DNA from: Hemiscyllium ocellatum
Lineage: Eukaryota
Direction: 5' to 3'
NCBI RefSeq assembly: GCF_020745735.1
Contig: NC_083424.1
Location: forward strand, 59,403,479 to 59,467,478
DNA: 64,000 nucleotides
Position numbers and translations under genes: made by a program. The notes beneath the pieces are model-generated. The model saw only the letters and a list, made by a program, of their open reading frames with translations, had not been told where the DNA came from and made no database searches. Positions 1-12,229 of the stretch are shown in pieces. The number at the start of each line of letters is the position of its first letter. The first letter of the stretch is position 1.

Positions 1-360
1 TAGAGCCCAAAACTGCACACAGTACTCTGGGTGTGGTCTTACCAATGCCTGTACAATTGCAGCAAAACTGTCCTACTCCTCTCCTCTCACTATAAAGACC
101 ACCATATCATTTGCACTTCTTGTTGCCTGCTGACCTGCATGTTTACCTTCAGCGACTAGTGTACAAGAACAACCAGGTAACATTGTATATTCCCCTCTCA
201 ATTTATGGCCATTCAGATAATAGTCTGCCTTCTATTTTTGCTCCTAAAATGGATAACCTCACATTTATTCACATTATACCACATCTGCAATGCACTTGCA
301 CACTCACTCAACTGGTCCAATCACTCCTCCTAGCATCTTCTTTCTCTGATTATTTCTTAC
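1..360 (-). mobile_element. CR1 RT fragment
   Basis: LVRPHPEYCVQFWAL on the minus strand at the window start. Confidence 0.75.
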
Positions 361-659
361 CTCCACATATATAGATTCTACAACTTCCAGTCCAAATTCA
401 TTGACTTTATTGTTTGGGCAATTTTTTCCTCCTCTGATCCTATTTGTTGATGTTTCCTTATGTTTGTACTGTCACTTTTCATTTTAGTCTGGGTATCATT
501 ATCAAAATACTTTCCCTGTTCTGCCAGCATATCTCTTTCTTTTGGAAGCAGATGTATCTTTCCAGAGCATCCCTTCCCCAACTAAAATTAGTCTCAAGGA
601 AGGATTAAGGAGTCCTAGCAAAACTACATTCAATGGGAATTGAAGGAAAAATCTCTACT

Positions 660-1210
660 GATTTGAGTCATACCTGGCTTTATCATTGATTAGAAACTCA
701 ACTGGACCAACTACATACATAGAATGGCTACAACAGCAGGCCAGAGGCGAGAATACTACAGTCACTTCCTGACTCCCCAAAGCCTGTCCGCCATCAATGA
801 GGCACAAGTCAGGAGTGTGATAGAGTACTCCCCACTTGTCTGGATGGGGGCAATTCCAACAACACTCAAGAAGCTTGACACCATTTAGGACAAAGTAGCC
901 CATTTGATTGGCATCACATTCACGAACATCCACTCCATCTACCACCAAGGCTGAGTAGCAGTAGTGTGTACTATTAACAAGAAACTCCACTACAGGAGGC
1001 CACCCAAGATCTTCAGCCATCACCTTCCAAACCCACAACACTTGTATCTTGAAAGACAAGGGTTTGAAAGAAAAATGGCAAACACCACCACCTGCAAGTT
1101 CAATTCCAAGCCACTCACCATCCTGACTTTTGCTTCACTATCAGTGGATCAATGCAAAAACTGTGGAATTGTGTCAAAAGGTTTAATATGCCAGTTGAAG
1201 AGAAATCAAT
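660..1210 (+). mobile_element. CR1/L2-group LINE 3' fragment (family B)
   Basis: KAQVRSVxEYSPLVWMGAxPTTLKKLDTIxDK; same family as 26555-27050. Confidence 0.75.
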
Positions 1211-1472
1211 TGGAATTGCATTCTTTGAGATTTGATGAGTTTAGGAGCAACAACAAAACATGAAAATCTTCCATGACCCAATTTCTCCCCAGGAATGTGA
1301 TTGAAAGTAGCAAACCACATGGACACATTCGCAGGTGTTCAAATTATGAGACTGAAAAATCAGAAACTGGACCAACTGAGTTTCCCTAACTGCCACCCTT
1401 ACAGCACTGGCCAACGCCATCACCATGAACTTTCCGCTTGTATTACGCCTAAGGATAAAATGAGAGAAATAC

Positions 1473-1639
1473 CTAAATTGTTAGCAACTTCTTGCTGTAG
1501 ATCCAAAATGAGATCACGTCCAATTACGCCATTGTAGAGAGCATCAGGCCCCTGCTCCGCAATAATCTTCAGTGTTTTTGCAAGCTGTTCATTCTTCACA
1601 ATCTCACGTGGATGATCAGTATGGTTGTAAAACAGTGAA
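1473..1639 (-). CDS. GGT5: GGT5-like coding exon 5
   Basis: (R)SLFYNHTDHPREIVKNEQLAKTLKIIAEQGPDALYNGVIGRDLILDLQQEVANNL(G). Acceptor ttttattttag|. Donor TAG|GTATTT gives phase 1; this exon end is less certain than its start. Confidence 0.87.
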
Positions 1640-2619
1640 CTAAAATAAAAATATGCCTGATTAACTTCAATCCCTGAACCATCTTCCAATTCAACTCAAT
1701 CACCTGATGCTGTCTCAAAAATATCTATCAAGGTGCTAGTACTATTAAAATGGTTTGGTTTCCTCTGGCAGCTGCTTTCAGCACACTATCAATTTACTTG
1801 TGGATATCTTCTCGATGTATTATTTTAACAGTTTCCTACATACAGTTTCACACTAAGTCTCATTCATCCACAATCTGTGCTCACTACTAGATTAGTGAGA
1901 TATGTGAAGGGCCCTTTGCTTATTAAACCCAAAGTCTGGACAAACAATGTACCAATGTATCTGCTGGGCTTGAAAATAATTATCTCTGGATTATTAATTA
2001 AATCGCACACAGATTGGCACGGGCGAAATAAGATGGGAAAAGAGTATTCAGATTCATGAGGTACCAAAAATGGGGCTGTACCATTAGCACAGTTTTTCAC
2101 AATAACAGGCCAGCATTCCAGTGAACTGAACTGTATAACCTATTCCTGAGATGCTGCCTAACCTGCTGTGCTTTAACCAGCAACACATTTTCAGCTGTGA
2201 TCTCCAGCATCTGCAGACCTCACATTTTACTCTAACTGTATAACTCAGCAAACAGAGAGGAGAATGCACTAACAATGGGACAAGGGTTCAAACTAGCAAA
2301 GATGTGGAAACATGTATTGTCATTACAGTGGCATTGCTGCAGGATGAGATAGATTGGGTCTCGAATATTGAAGGGCATATGGCATTAAGGTGAACAAGAA
2401 GCTAGGGAGAGATGGAGGGGTCATTCTCTGAATGAACAATGGCATTGACAAAATAGGAAGAGAGGAGGAGAGACACAAATTTGTGAAAAAGGATCACTGG
2501 ACTAGAACCATTAACTCTATTCTCTCTCCATAGATGCTGCCAGACCTGCTGAGTTTCTCCAGCACTCTCTGGTTTGTTTCAGATTTCCATCATCCATAGC
2601 TCTTTGTTTTATAATATAA

Positions 2620-3030
2620 ATTAGGTCTGTTTTCTCTAGAATTGAGTAGGTTAAGGGTGATCTGATTGAAATCTCTAAGACATTAACAGGAAAAGACAGG
2701 GTAGATAAAGACAAACTATTTCCACTGTTTGGAGAGTCGAGAACGGGGACACATAGTCTGAGAATTTGAGCCAGACTGTTCAAGACAGATGTGAGGAAGC
2801 ATTTCTACACACAAAGGGTGGGAAATGTTTGGAACTCTTTTCCATAAATGACAGATGATGCTACGTCAGTTGCTAATTTTTAATCTGAGATAATACATTT
2901 CCTCAGCAAAAATGCAACTAAGGATATGCGTGAAAGGCAGGTATATAGATTTAGGCTGTAGATTAACCATAGTCTCCACTGAATGACAGGACAGGATTAA
3001 GGGACTGAATGGCCTACTTCTGTTCCTCCA
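2620..3030 (+). mobile_element. CR1 3' fragment
   Basis: GLFSLE..RLRGDLIE..; 3' end gggactgaatggcctacttctgttcct. Confidence 0.8.
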
Positions 3031-3479
3031 TTCTAAGTTAAGGAAGTGAAGATGTGGAAGTGGTTTGGTTAGGGGTGAGAAATGATAAAGGCAAGAGAGG
3101 TATATCACCCGTCTTACACAGACCAAAGTATAGAAGCATTGTGTGAAGTACTGGGGTGGGGTGAGGGGGCATGGAATGAGAATGAATTCTGTTTCACTGA
3201 GCAACTGTCCCTTATGTATGCAACCTCCACCAACTCAACAACCTTCTAAAACCTAAATTCTACAAAAAGAGATCTGATTATATAACTCTTTTCAAAACTG
3301 AGCCCCTGAAGTCTAGGTATCATTCCGTAAACCTATGTTGTGCTCGCTCTCTCCATGGCCAGTATATCCTTCCTAAGTTGTGGTGCCCCGATCTATTGTC
3401 AGTGCTCCAAGTGGGTTTAATCAGGCTTTTGTAAAACTAGAGCAGAAAATGAGGTGCTGTTCCTCCTGTTTAGACTGCG

Positions 3480-3975
3480 TCTCACTGAAGCACAGCAGCA
3501 AGCCCGAGAAAGAAATGTTGGCTCGGGAACATGGGAGAAAAACAGCATCTCATTTTCCACCTGAGCATCCTGCAGCCTTCAGCACTCAATATTTAGTTCA
3601 ATAATGTTAGGGTTTGAACACCTTCTTCCATGTCCTTTATCTACCCTTCTCTGCCAGGCTTTCTGTGCAATCAACCCACTTTCATCCATTTATGGTCATT
3701 ATCTCTCTCCCTGGTCGACCATTAACTATCCCTTTGTTTTCCTCATGGTCTCTCTCTCTCCCTCTGGGTTCCACCTTCACCTCTGGCTCACTCCTCCACC
3801 CATCCCACCTTCAGTATCACCTTTTCCTAGTTATTATCAGTTCTGAAAAAGGGTCACTGGACCTGAAACATTAACTCTGCTTTCTCTCCACAGATGCTGC
3901 CAGACCTGCTAAGTTTCTGCACCAATTTTGATTTTTGTTTCAGATTTCCAGTATCCATAGTTCTTTGTATATTTC
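3480..3975 (+). mobile_element. Penelope-like element 3' end (GIY-YIG tail + terminal repeat)
   Basis: HLIFHLSILQPSALNI*FN matches the PLE C-terminal HLIFRLGTLQPxGLN pattern. Degenerate hammerhead-like motif at about 3843. Confidence 0.7.
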
Positions 3976-4183
3976 AGTCTTCAGGGCAACGTTTGGTCAG
4001 TAACACTACTGTGAAGTTTGTGAGCGGTTTTACTTTGTTAAAGGCTATTTTGAAATGCACGTCCTTTTTGGCGCTGCTGTTGTTTTTGTGTTCGATCAAA
4101 ATATTGTGTGATGGAATAACTACATTCAGCGTTGGTTTTGAGCTGACTGCAATCATGTGACCTTGTGTGGAGCCCTTACTTAC

Positions 4184-4379
4184 CGCAGTGTTGGATGGGT
4201 TAGTCTATGGCGAATGAATTCATTATCTAAAATCTTCTTTAGAAATGTTGGGGTCTGGAATCCTTTTTGTGCAAGCTGTATTGAAGGTTCAAACAGGGCT
4301 TTCCATGATAATTTTCCAAATCTCTTGTGAGCTTCCCAGTAACCTTTCAGTTCGCCTGGAACAGCAACCCATTGGCCAC
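4184..4379 (-). CDS. GGT5: GGT5-like coding exon 4
   Basis: (G)[64 protein letters not shown](R). Acceptor atccag|, donor GCG|GTAAGT, 196 nt. An alternative in-frame acceptor would start the exon at 4385. Confidence 0.94.
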
Positions 4380-4559
4380 CTGGATCTGGAGTTAACACAT
4401 ACACAAATCATCCTTGTGGTTCCTTCAATCAGTGGCAAACCACTCCAGTTATTCAGTAAAAATAACCAAGCTGGATTAAACAGAAGCCTCTACTTTCTGA
4501 GTCCCTGCTTGGACGAGTTCTTTCCTTCAACCTTCCACTTGGTTCCCCCTTTCTCCTTA

Positions 4560-4855
4560 AGATTAAAAGATTAAAATCCCTACAGTCCAGAAACAGGCTG
4601 TTTGGCCCAACAAGTCCACACCAACCCTCGAAGAGTAATCCATCAGGACCCGTTCCCCGAGGTTTAACCCTGAGTAATGGACCTAACACTGAGCAATTTA
4701 GCATGGCCAATTCACCTGACCTGCACATCTTTGGACTGTAGGAGTAAGCCCATGCAAACATAGGGAGAACATACAAACTCCACACAGACAGTTGCCCAAG
4801 GCAGGAGTCAGCCCATTTGCTGTGAAGCAGCAGTGCTAACCGCTGTGCTGCGCCA
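4560..4855 (-). mobile_element. HE1-type tRNA-derived V-SINE
   Basis: Matches other copies (tgtgtggagtttg..gaattggccatgctaaattg core). Confidence 0.85.
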
Positions 4856-4981
4856 ACAATGTACCTATTTGACCAAGTATTATCATTTGTTCTAAGATCT
4901 CCTCCTCTGATGCTGCATCGATAACATTCTTGCAAAACAAGTATGTTGAGTGGATGTATAAATACAAGTAATTGTTATAAC

Positions 4982-5100
4982 TTGGAGGTGCTAGTGTTGG
5001 ACTGGGATGGACAAAGTCAAAAATCACAACACCAGGTTATAGTCCAACAGGTTTATTTGGATGCACTAGCTTTCAGAGTGCTGCTCCTTCATCAGGTGAT
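4982..5100 (-). mobile_element. PLE family-2 terminal fragment with hammerhead motif
   Basis: Matches the arms of 36698-37417. Confidence 0.75.
5067..5095 (-). ncRNA. Minimal hammerhead motif, sense to the GGT5 pre-mRNA (intron 3)
   Basis: CAC-CUGAUGA-A-GGAG(CAGCA)CUCU-GAAA-GC-UA-GUG. Confidence 0.5.
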
Positions 5101-6349
5101 TGTTGATATTATAAGTAAAGAGAGAAAAGCACTGTGCAGCAACAGTGCTCATTATCCAGCCTCGAAACCACTCATTTTAAAGTATTTCTCTCTCACTCCC
5201 TATAGTGACTAGGTCTCTTGAGTTACAAAAGCAGCTGGATTTTCTAAGGGTTGGCAATCATGTAGATTGCCACCCTGCTGTCGGTTTTTTTATGTATTGG
5301 GAGAGGTCTCCATGTTTCTGACAGGAAATTCCTATCAAGGCTTGTCCAAAAATGCAAGCGTTATCTCCATTCTGACAAGTCCTTCAGTGTAAAGAAGACA
5401 GGAGAAGGAAAACCATGTCACCTATCCCTCACCCACCATCACAATAGTCAGCAGCTCTATTCTGAAATGGAAAAAGCCAATATTATGGTGACACTATGAA
5501 AGGATAGGTATGTAAGGTTAGAGAAAAGCCAGACTGCTGGGAGTGTAGGGTACCAAGCAGATAGTGCCAGGTAAGTAGGGTGCTAAGTGAATAGAAAGCG
5601 ATGTGCCAGCTGGATAAATGCTCAGGTAGATAGAGAGAGGGTGCCAGGTCTTTAGAGGATAGTGTGTCAATTGGGTACAGGGTAATGTGCCAGTTTTGCA
5701 GTGCTAAGTATGTGTGGTGCCAAGTGTTGAGTAGGATATGGGTGCCAGATGAGTAGCTGCAAGGGACAAGCTATTGATCAAGTGTTTCACACAGGTCAGG
5801 ATGGATAGGAGAGATTGAGTCTGGAGGTTTGGGGTTGGATCCTGTGGGCTTGGGATGTTGGGTACCAGAGATCGAAGGGTGATGTAGGATCAGGATCTTG
5901 GGGGGAGATATAATTTTGCAAAGGAGAGTATAGTTGGGGTAGAGGAGCAAAGAGATTGTACAAATACACAAATCACTGGAATGTTGCACCACAGATTGAC
6001 AAGATCATAAGAAAATAAAACAAGAACCGGAATTATTTCGAAAAGAATAGATCTCAAACATGAAGAGGTTTATGTTGAACATGCATCAAACCTTGATTAG
6101 ATGACATTGAGAATCCTGTGTGCTGTCTGGCTGCTACTGAGGTATTGAACAGGAGCAGAAAAGAATTACTAGTATCAGAAATGTGACAGTATACAGGAGG
6201 ACAGCATAAGCAGCTGGCAAGCTAATTTCTTTACATAAAAGAAAGCTGAGGGAGATCAAACAGAGAGCTTTAAAATTATGAATGCCCCTGATATAGTTAA
6301 ACAGGTAAAAGTAAAACAGCCATATCCCTACTAGAGGGCTGCACTTCCA

Positions 6350-6522
6350 TTGGAGACAGATGACTGGTAGCAACTGTAATCCAAGGGTCACCACACCTCA
6401 GGCAAGGGGAGAGGTTGAGAAGGAGAATCCTTCATAATAACCTCATCTAATGTAGGGATTGAACCCACACTGGTGGTGTTACTCTACACCACAAGACAGT
6501 TGTCCAGCCAACTGAGTAACCC
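6350..6522 (-). mobile_element. Second tRNA-derived SINE family
   Basis: Minus strand has an A-box-like TACTCAGTTGG and a B box GGGTTCAATCCC. The body recurs on + at about 30587-30685. Confidence 0.7.
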
Positions 6523-6665
6523 AACCTCCTTTCTGATACAGTAAGCAGAGGGAGAATTGTTTCTTTTGTCAGAAATATCTCAACTGGAAGCTGTTTATAA
6601 TAATAAACACTGAGAAGTCATCCAACTGACAGAGTTCAATTAATGAGGCATGAGAAGAACATCGT

Positions 6666-6927
6666 GGGCGGCACGGTGGCACAGTGGTTAGCAAACTGTG
6701 TGGAGTTTGCACATTCTCCCCGTGTCTGCGTGGGTTTTCTCCGGGTGCTCCGGTTTCCTCCCACAGTCACAAAGATGTGCGGGTCAGGTGAATTGGCCAA
6801 GCTAAATTGCCCGTAGTGTTAGGTAAGGGGTAAATGTAGGGGTATGGGTGGGTTGCGCTTCGGTGGGTCGGTGTGGACTTGTTGGGCCGAAGGGCCTGTT
6901 TCCACACTGTAAGTCTAATCTAATCTA
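6666..6927 (+). mobile_element. HE1-type SINE with an internal deletion removing the B box
   Basis: GGGCGGCACGGTGGCACAGTGGTTAGCA joined directly to the core; (TCTAA)n tail; AACATC flanks. Confidence 0.9.
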
Positions 6928-7430
6928 AACATCAAAGCTGGTTAGAACCAGTTCAGGTAAATGATTGGTTGTGGAATCACAGACAAAAACAGCCTGTAAT
7001 CATAGCGGGACCACCTTCTGCACACATACCCCACCCCCCCATCCTGACACTCCATTTACCTTCAGCCTCCCCACCCCACACTCTCTCCCATCCTCCAATC
7101 GCTAACTTCATACCCCTCTCCTTCTACTGTTTCTGCTCCACCTTCTCCCCAATCTTCTCACTTTCCCCAACATCAGTATTCACCAGTCATTGCATCCCAA
7201 CCTTCCACCCCTGTCCTCAACCTTCAACACACCTTATGCCCCTTGCAGTTCTCCCACCACCCTGCCATTGCTCCACCTAGACATTCCACCACCCACAGTT
7301 CTACCTCGGCTTTCCTACCCTTGTTAGCTTCATGGGGTTGGGGGAGGGGGTGAGGGGGAGAAGTGGACTACCCCTAGAATCACCCTCACATCTGTGACTG
7401 CCACCATCTTCTATTCATGATATGTCTTAC

Positions 7431-7520
7431 CTGGTTTTGGATAAGGGCCACACCCACTGAGTAAGTCTGGCCTCACCTTCTGTGGGGCTATCTCTCTGGC
7501 ATTAATTACTGTCACATCAC
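7431..7520 (-). CDS. GGT5: GGT5-like coding exon 3
   Basis: (G)DVTVINAREIAPQKVRPDLLSGCGPYPKP(G), containing the GGT INARE motif. Acceptor tctccctcag|, donor CAG|GTAAGA, 90 nt, phase 1-1. Confidence 0.93.
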
Positions 7521-7529
7521 CTGAGGGAG

Positions 7530-8000
7530 AGATGACACAGGAGTTACACAAAGTACATGCAGTGAGATGGTTTATTTACACACTGTCACAGATAATAGAA
7601 CAAACAGCGAGATGGTCTACAATACAGTAGTTCCGCCATACCCATGGGGGATATATTCCAAGACATACTGCGGAAGCCCAAAACAGAAGATAAGAGTGAG
7701 CCCATTCACTTAAAAAGAAAATATATCTTCCCAGCAGCCTCCTGGTCCCTGGTTCTGGAACATTCCCTATAATATGCTTGGGCAATGGTAAACTGGGATA
7801 ACTGAAACTGCAGAAACCAGAGCCGTGGATACAGGGGTCGCCCTGTATATGCACAGTCACAGAAAAAATACAAACAGCGAGATGTTCTACACACACACAC
7901 TGTCACAGATGAAGCACAGGCTGCAAGATGGTGTGTGCACACACACACACACACACTGTCACAAATGAAGTACAGACAATATAATGGTTTTTAACACAGT
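7530..8000. repeat. Degenerate ~45-50 bp tandem repeat with CA runs, abutting the exon 3 acceptor
   Basis: Recurring cacactgtcacaga..a.a.aca....cagcgagatgg unit, about 5 copies, interrupted by a MITE. Confidence 0.7.
7625..7845. mobile_element. Tigger/MER2-like MITE
   Basis: TA|CAGTAGTTCCGCCATACCCATGGGGGAT...GTGGATACAGGGGTCGCCCTG|TA: TA duplication with degenerate CAG..CTG termini. Confidence 0.7.
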
Positions 8001-9849
8001 CGTGGACAAGAGGGATTTGAAATGTGCTTTTTACAAAATTTTCTTTCCCTTTCAAAACAGCTCTTGGTGAAATCCCTCCCCTAAATAAACCTGCTGTTTG
8101 TAAAATCCAATTTTTAAATGACTCACAGCAAGTTCCCTTTGGCATTATAGCAAAAGAGAAATGATTTATACAAGCATTCAACCTGCAGAATAAATGGCAT
8201 TGCATACCAACACCCAGGCATACAGGAAAGAAAGAAAGGAAGTTTCATTCACAATTTGCAGAAAATCCTCACTTAAAGGTATGGCTGCATTCCTGAAAAA
8301 GCCAAACATTCAATGAAGCAACTTTAAAATGAAGAATGTCTTCCTATCAGAATCTATGTTAAAGTGAGAGTTACTTCCCTCGGTGTATTTCTCACCCAAA
8401 AAAAAATGTAAAAGTTGAAATACCGTACTCTACATATGGAACACTGCATTCGTAACTAACTTGCAAAACAAAATCCTAAACATAAAAGGAATACAATATA
8501 TATCAAAATCTACTCATCTATACTGCACAATACTTTTGGATAATTAAGCCCCATCTGGTGGCAATAGTTAGACACTGGTAGCTCGACTCCAAAGAGTACC
8601 TACGCTGACCAATGTCTACAACTACCTGGAGCTCAGGGTTTAAGCTTCAATTCACAAAGGATGAAGTTCCAATAGCACAGATGGGAAGATCAGACTTTAA
8701 CTGGTGAAAAGGGGTTGGGAGTGAGGCTGGGTCAAATCAAGGCTGAGGGTGAGATGAGGCCAAGGCAAGGGACAGGCCAAGAGAAGACAAAGCCAGGCTG
8801 GAGCAAGCCAGGAGACCAGGCTGGGGGAGAGGAGGCCAGGAGGGAAGGCCAAGAAGGAGGCAAGACCATTTGTTCATGGCCAGAATCAACGGGGAGGGAA
8901 TGTCTGGGATGCAGGAACTTCGGTCCTTGGTGCTGATTTGTGATGATGATGATATTGACAACGATTTTAAAATAAAAATAGTGACACAGAAGAGAAACAT
9001 AGTCCTTGAACAATAAACCTTGTTCAGCCAAAATGACATTAAGCGTGACAACTTTAAATGACCACTACACGTAAACTGCCGTCCATTAAGTCAATATCCA
9101 AGTGTGGGTTTGCAGTTGACTGGTGAGGCAGAATTCCTTTCATGGGGAGCTTGGATGTAGGTGAATTGTAGTTGAAGGCTCAGTAATATTCTTGAGGACA
9201 AGGACATTCTTCATGTTTTTCAGGTGAAATACAGGATTCTTTTTGGAAATCAGATTTTGAAAGGGGTTAAGACTGGTGGCAGGTTTTTTTTCAGCTAAGC
9301 CTGCAGCTACTTTCGCAGCCCCTTTAGTTGAAGGAGGAATAATTTTTAAAGTGAAAGACAGGAGGTTCAGAGGGGATTTGAGGAAAATGGCTTTCACCCA
9401 GAGGGCGTTGGGGATTTGGAAATGGGCTGCCTGGGAGAGTAGTTGAGATTGGAAATCTCACAACCTTTAAAAAGTACTTGGATAAGCACTTGAAATGTCG
9501 TAAAATTCAAGGCTCTGGGCTTAGTGCTGGAAAGAGGGATGAATGTAGAATTAGAGGAATTTTTTGTCAGTGCAAATGAAGGGCCTCTTCCGTACTGTAT
9601 GTTTTGGCACCTTGTGCCTGAACTTGGTGTACAGGTCATATATCACCAATCTTTATTGCAAAAATATGAAACACTCACCTTAAGAATTAGCGTCAACATT
9701 CCACCTCAGAAGTGTGTGTTTTAATCATCGTACCCATCGTTTCAGGGAGGTCAGGCAGGTGATACAGACTGTGTTGTCTATCAGGCATTTAAGATGCACC
9801 AACATCGAGTACAGATGGCGGACAACAGCAGAAACTGATTTTCCACACA

Positions 9850-10130
9850 ATATAGAACGAAGCAAGAAACCGGTTTCAAGCTACTAGTTGTAACTTTTTC
9901 CAACTCATCAAAAAACTGTGTTGGAGTTCAGAATCAGTGAAACATTAGTGTGAAAATGGAAGCAGGAAACTACCCTGAAGGAGATCCCAGAGTCAAATAT
10001 ACCAAGAAAAAAGGGGCTATACTGATTTGATCTTGAGAACCATGTGTCAGAATGGGCTCTTGGAAATGATCAGGTCGGTTGCAGCATCACCAGAAATCCA
10101 ACGCTTACATAAGGATTTAAGTGAATCAAA
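9850..10130 (+). pseudogene. Decayed pogo-family transposase N-terminus (Brinker DBD + CENP-B HTH, POGK-like)
   Basis: Frameshifted translation RTKQETGFKLLVV..F..SKNC..ISETLV*KWKQE..LKEIP...LENHVSEWAL..Q....ITR resembles pogo/POGK transposases. Confidence 0.6.
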
Positions 10131-10738
10131 TCAAGCCCAAAAATCAGCAAAGATTACAGAGCAATAGTGAAGTTAAGTGCCACCATTTCCTTTCGCACTC
10201 ACTCTCTGCTACTGCATGCACCTCCCATAAAGGTACATACTCCACCACTCTCAATACTGCTTCCAACATCTTCCCTCACTCACTCTCATCCACCTTCTAC
10301 AGTACTAACCCTGCATTCGGTGGAACCCCTCACCATCTTTCCACCACCTGCATCAGCACTAACAGCTGAGCCAGCCTCTTCCATCTCGCTCAATCCCTTT
10401 CCTCTCTTTCCCTCATGCCAGAACAGGTCAACTCACAACAGGACAATGAAGACGACCCAAAGAAAAGAGTCATACTGGACGTGAAATGTTAACCTGCTAG
10501 CGTCTCCTCAGATACAGTTTGTCCAGCACGGTCTGTTCTTATTTCAGATTTCCAGCATCTGCACTGTGCTTTTATTTGGATGTGATCAGGCTGCCTTAAT
10601 CCAGCTCTTTTCCCTTATCCTCTCCCATCTTTCCAGCTATAGCAGACTCAACTGTAGCTCTATCAGGTAAATGTACAGCAAGGACACTAACATGTGATTT
10701 TACAGCATCTCACTCAGCAAGTAATTGACGGAAATTAC

Positions 10739-10869
10739 CTTTCGAAGCATCGTAAATGGTGAAAATGGATCCTCCACCAATGCCCATACTTTGGGGGTTG
10801 ATGAGGGAGGTACAGAGCAATGCAGCAATCGCACTATCAACAGCTGATCCACCCTGCAGCAGGATTTTT
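10739..10869 (-). CDS. GGT5: GGT5-like coding exon 2
   Basis: (R)[43 protein letters not shown](G). Acceptor ctcttccag|, donor AAG|GTAATT, 131 nt. NPQSMG fits GGT5 rather than GGT1 (NAHSMG). Confidence 0.95.
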
Positions 10870-12229
10870 CTGGAAGAGTGAATAGAGGAGAAGATGGTCA
10901 TGCACAGAGTATGATGCTTTATAATGTTAGGGTGACATCTAGGTGCACAGAGGGAGTGATACATTAATAATTAAGAATTAATGGGAGCAGTGGGTTGCAT
11001 GTCCACATCCAATCTATTTCAATTTTCTCCTCTGCAGAGATTAACATGACACCAGCAGGAAGATCAGGCCCAATGTTCATTGTCTGATACTGGCTACCTG
11101 AACATACTTCTTCTGAGCTAGCCCAATGCAATGTAAAACTACTTATCATTTAAAAAAAACACAATTATTTATTTGCGGAACCTCAGAAAGGACTGCAGGC
11201 TGACTCACTGGATTAATATCTGGTTCCAGCCTTTTGTTGTTCAATAAAATAGCATTCACATCAAACCAGAAATGAAGCAACAAAGCGAGGGTTTTCAGAA
11301 ACTGAAAAAAGTAAGTATCAGTAACACTCAGCAGTTTCTGAGGACAGAGGAACAAAGTAAATGGATTAGCTGGAAGCAGGTATTGGGAATTTGTCCAATA
11401 TCACACTGAGCCATTGAGCCTGCTCTCCCATTCAGTTAGACCATGGCTGCTTATCTATACTATCTCCAAATCACTTTGCGTGATTAGTCTCCAGAAAATC
11501 ATCAATATCTGCCTTGAATCTGTTTCACAGCCTCGAGCATAGAGAACTGCAAGTATTTACCTCCCTTTGAGTGAAGAATTCTCTCCTCATCGGAATATTA
11601 TATGGTGTACAACCATCCAATGATCACCTTACCACCTACTCATACCCTTCCTCACACTCTCCCAACTCCCTTTTATCCCCTTCAAACCCACTCTCCCAAC
11701 ATACAAACCCACTCTCCCAACATACAATCCATCAGAGCTGTTGAAAACAGTGAAAAGCTCAGGCATCAATGTTTTGAAACAGTCAAACAGATGGCTCCTG
11801 AAATTCAGGGGAAAAAAGTGAAAGCAATAGGGGCATTTCACACAGCCAGGTCTGGATTCAAACCCGGCCAGCATTTCAATATTTTATAACACAGAATAGC
11901 ACTTTATCCAGTTATTCTCTACTGTGTCACAAGACTCTTCCCTTTTCCCAATGCTGTTCCTTCATATGACACCTTGCCAGTTGTCAGAAGTACCAACGTG
12001 GTTGATACTTATTTAATAGTGACGTACCTTTTCAAATCATAACATCATCAGCACTCACTTTAGTGAAAATGGATACCATCATGCCGCAGAATTTTATGAC
12101 GACAAGTGAAGTAGCGCAATGTTTTTTGTATGAACTTTTCGTATAGTTCTTGTCTTGTCCCAGAACCAGGGCTCCTCCGTGGTTCTACTCGGGTGATTGA
12201 CATTGCTCATCAAAGTTGCAGGTGCTCTG

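Noticed and set aside
4184-10869. GGT1 identity for the gene
   Set aside because: [15 protein letters not shown] and ADSxxCSDIG fit GGT5 better. A phylogeny would be needed to exclude a lineage-specific paralog.
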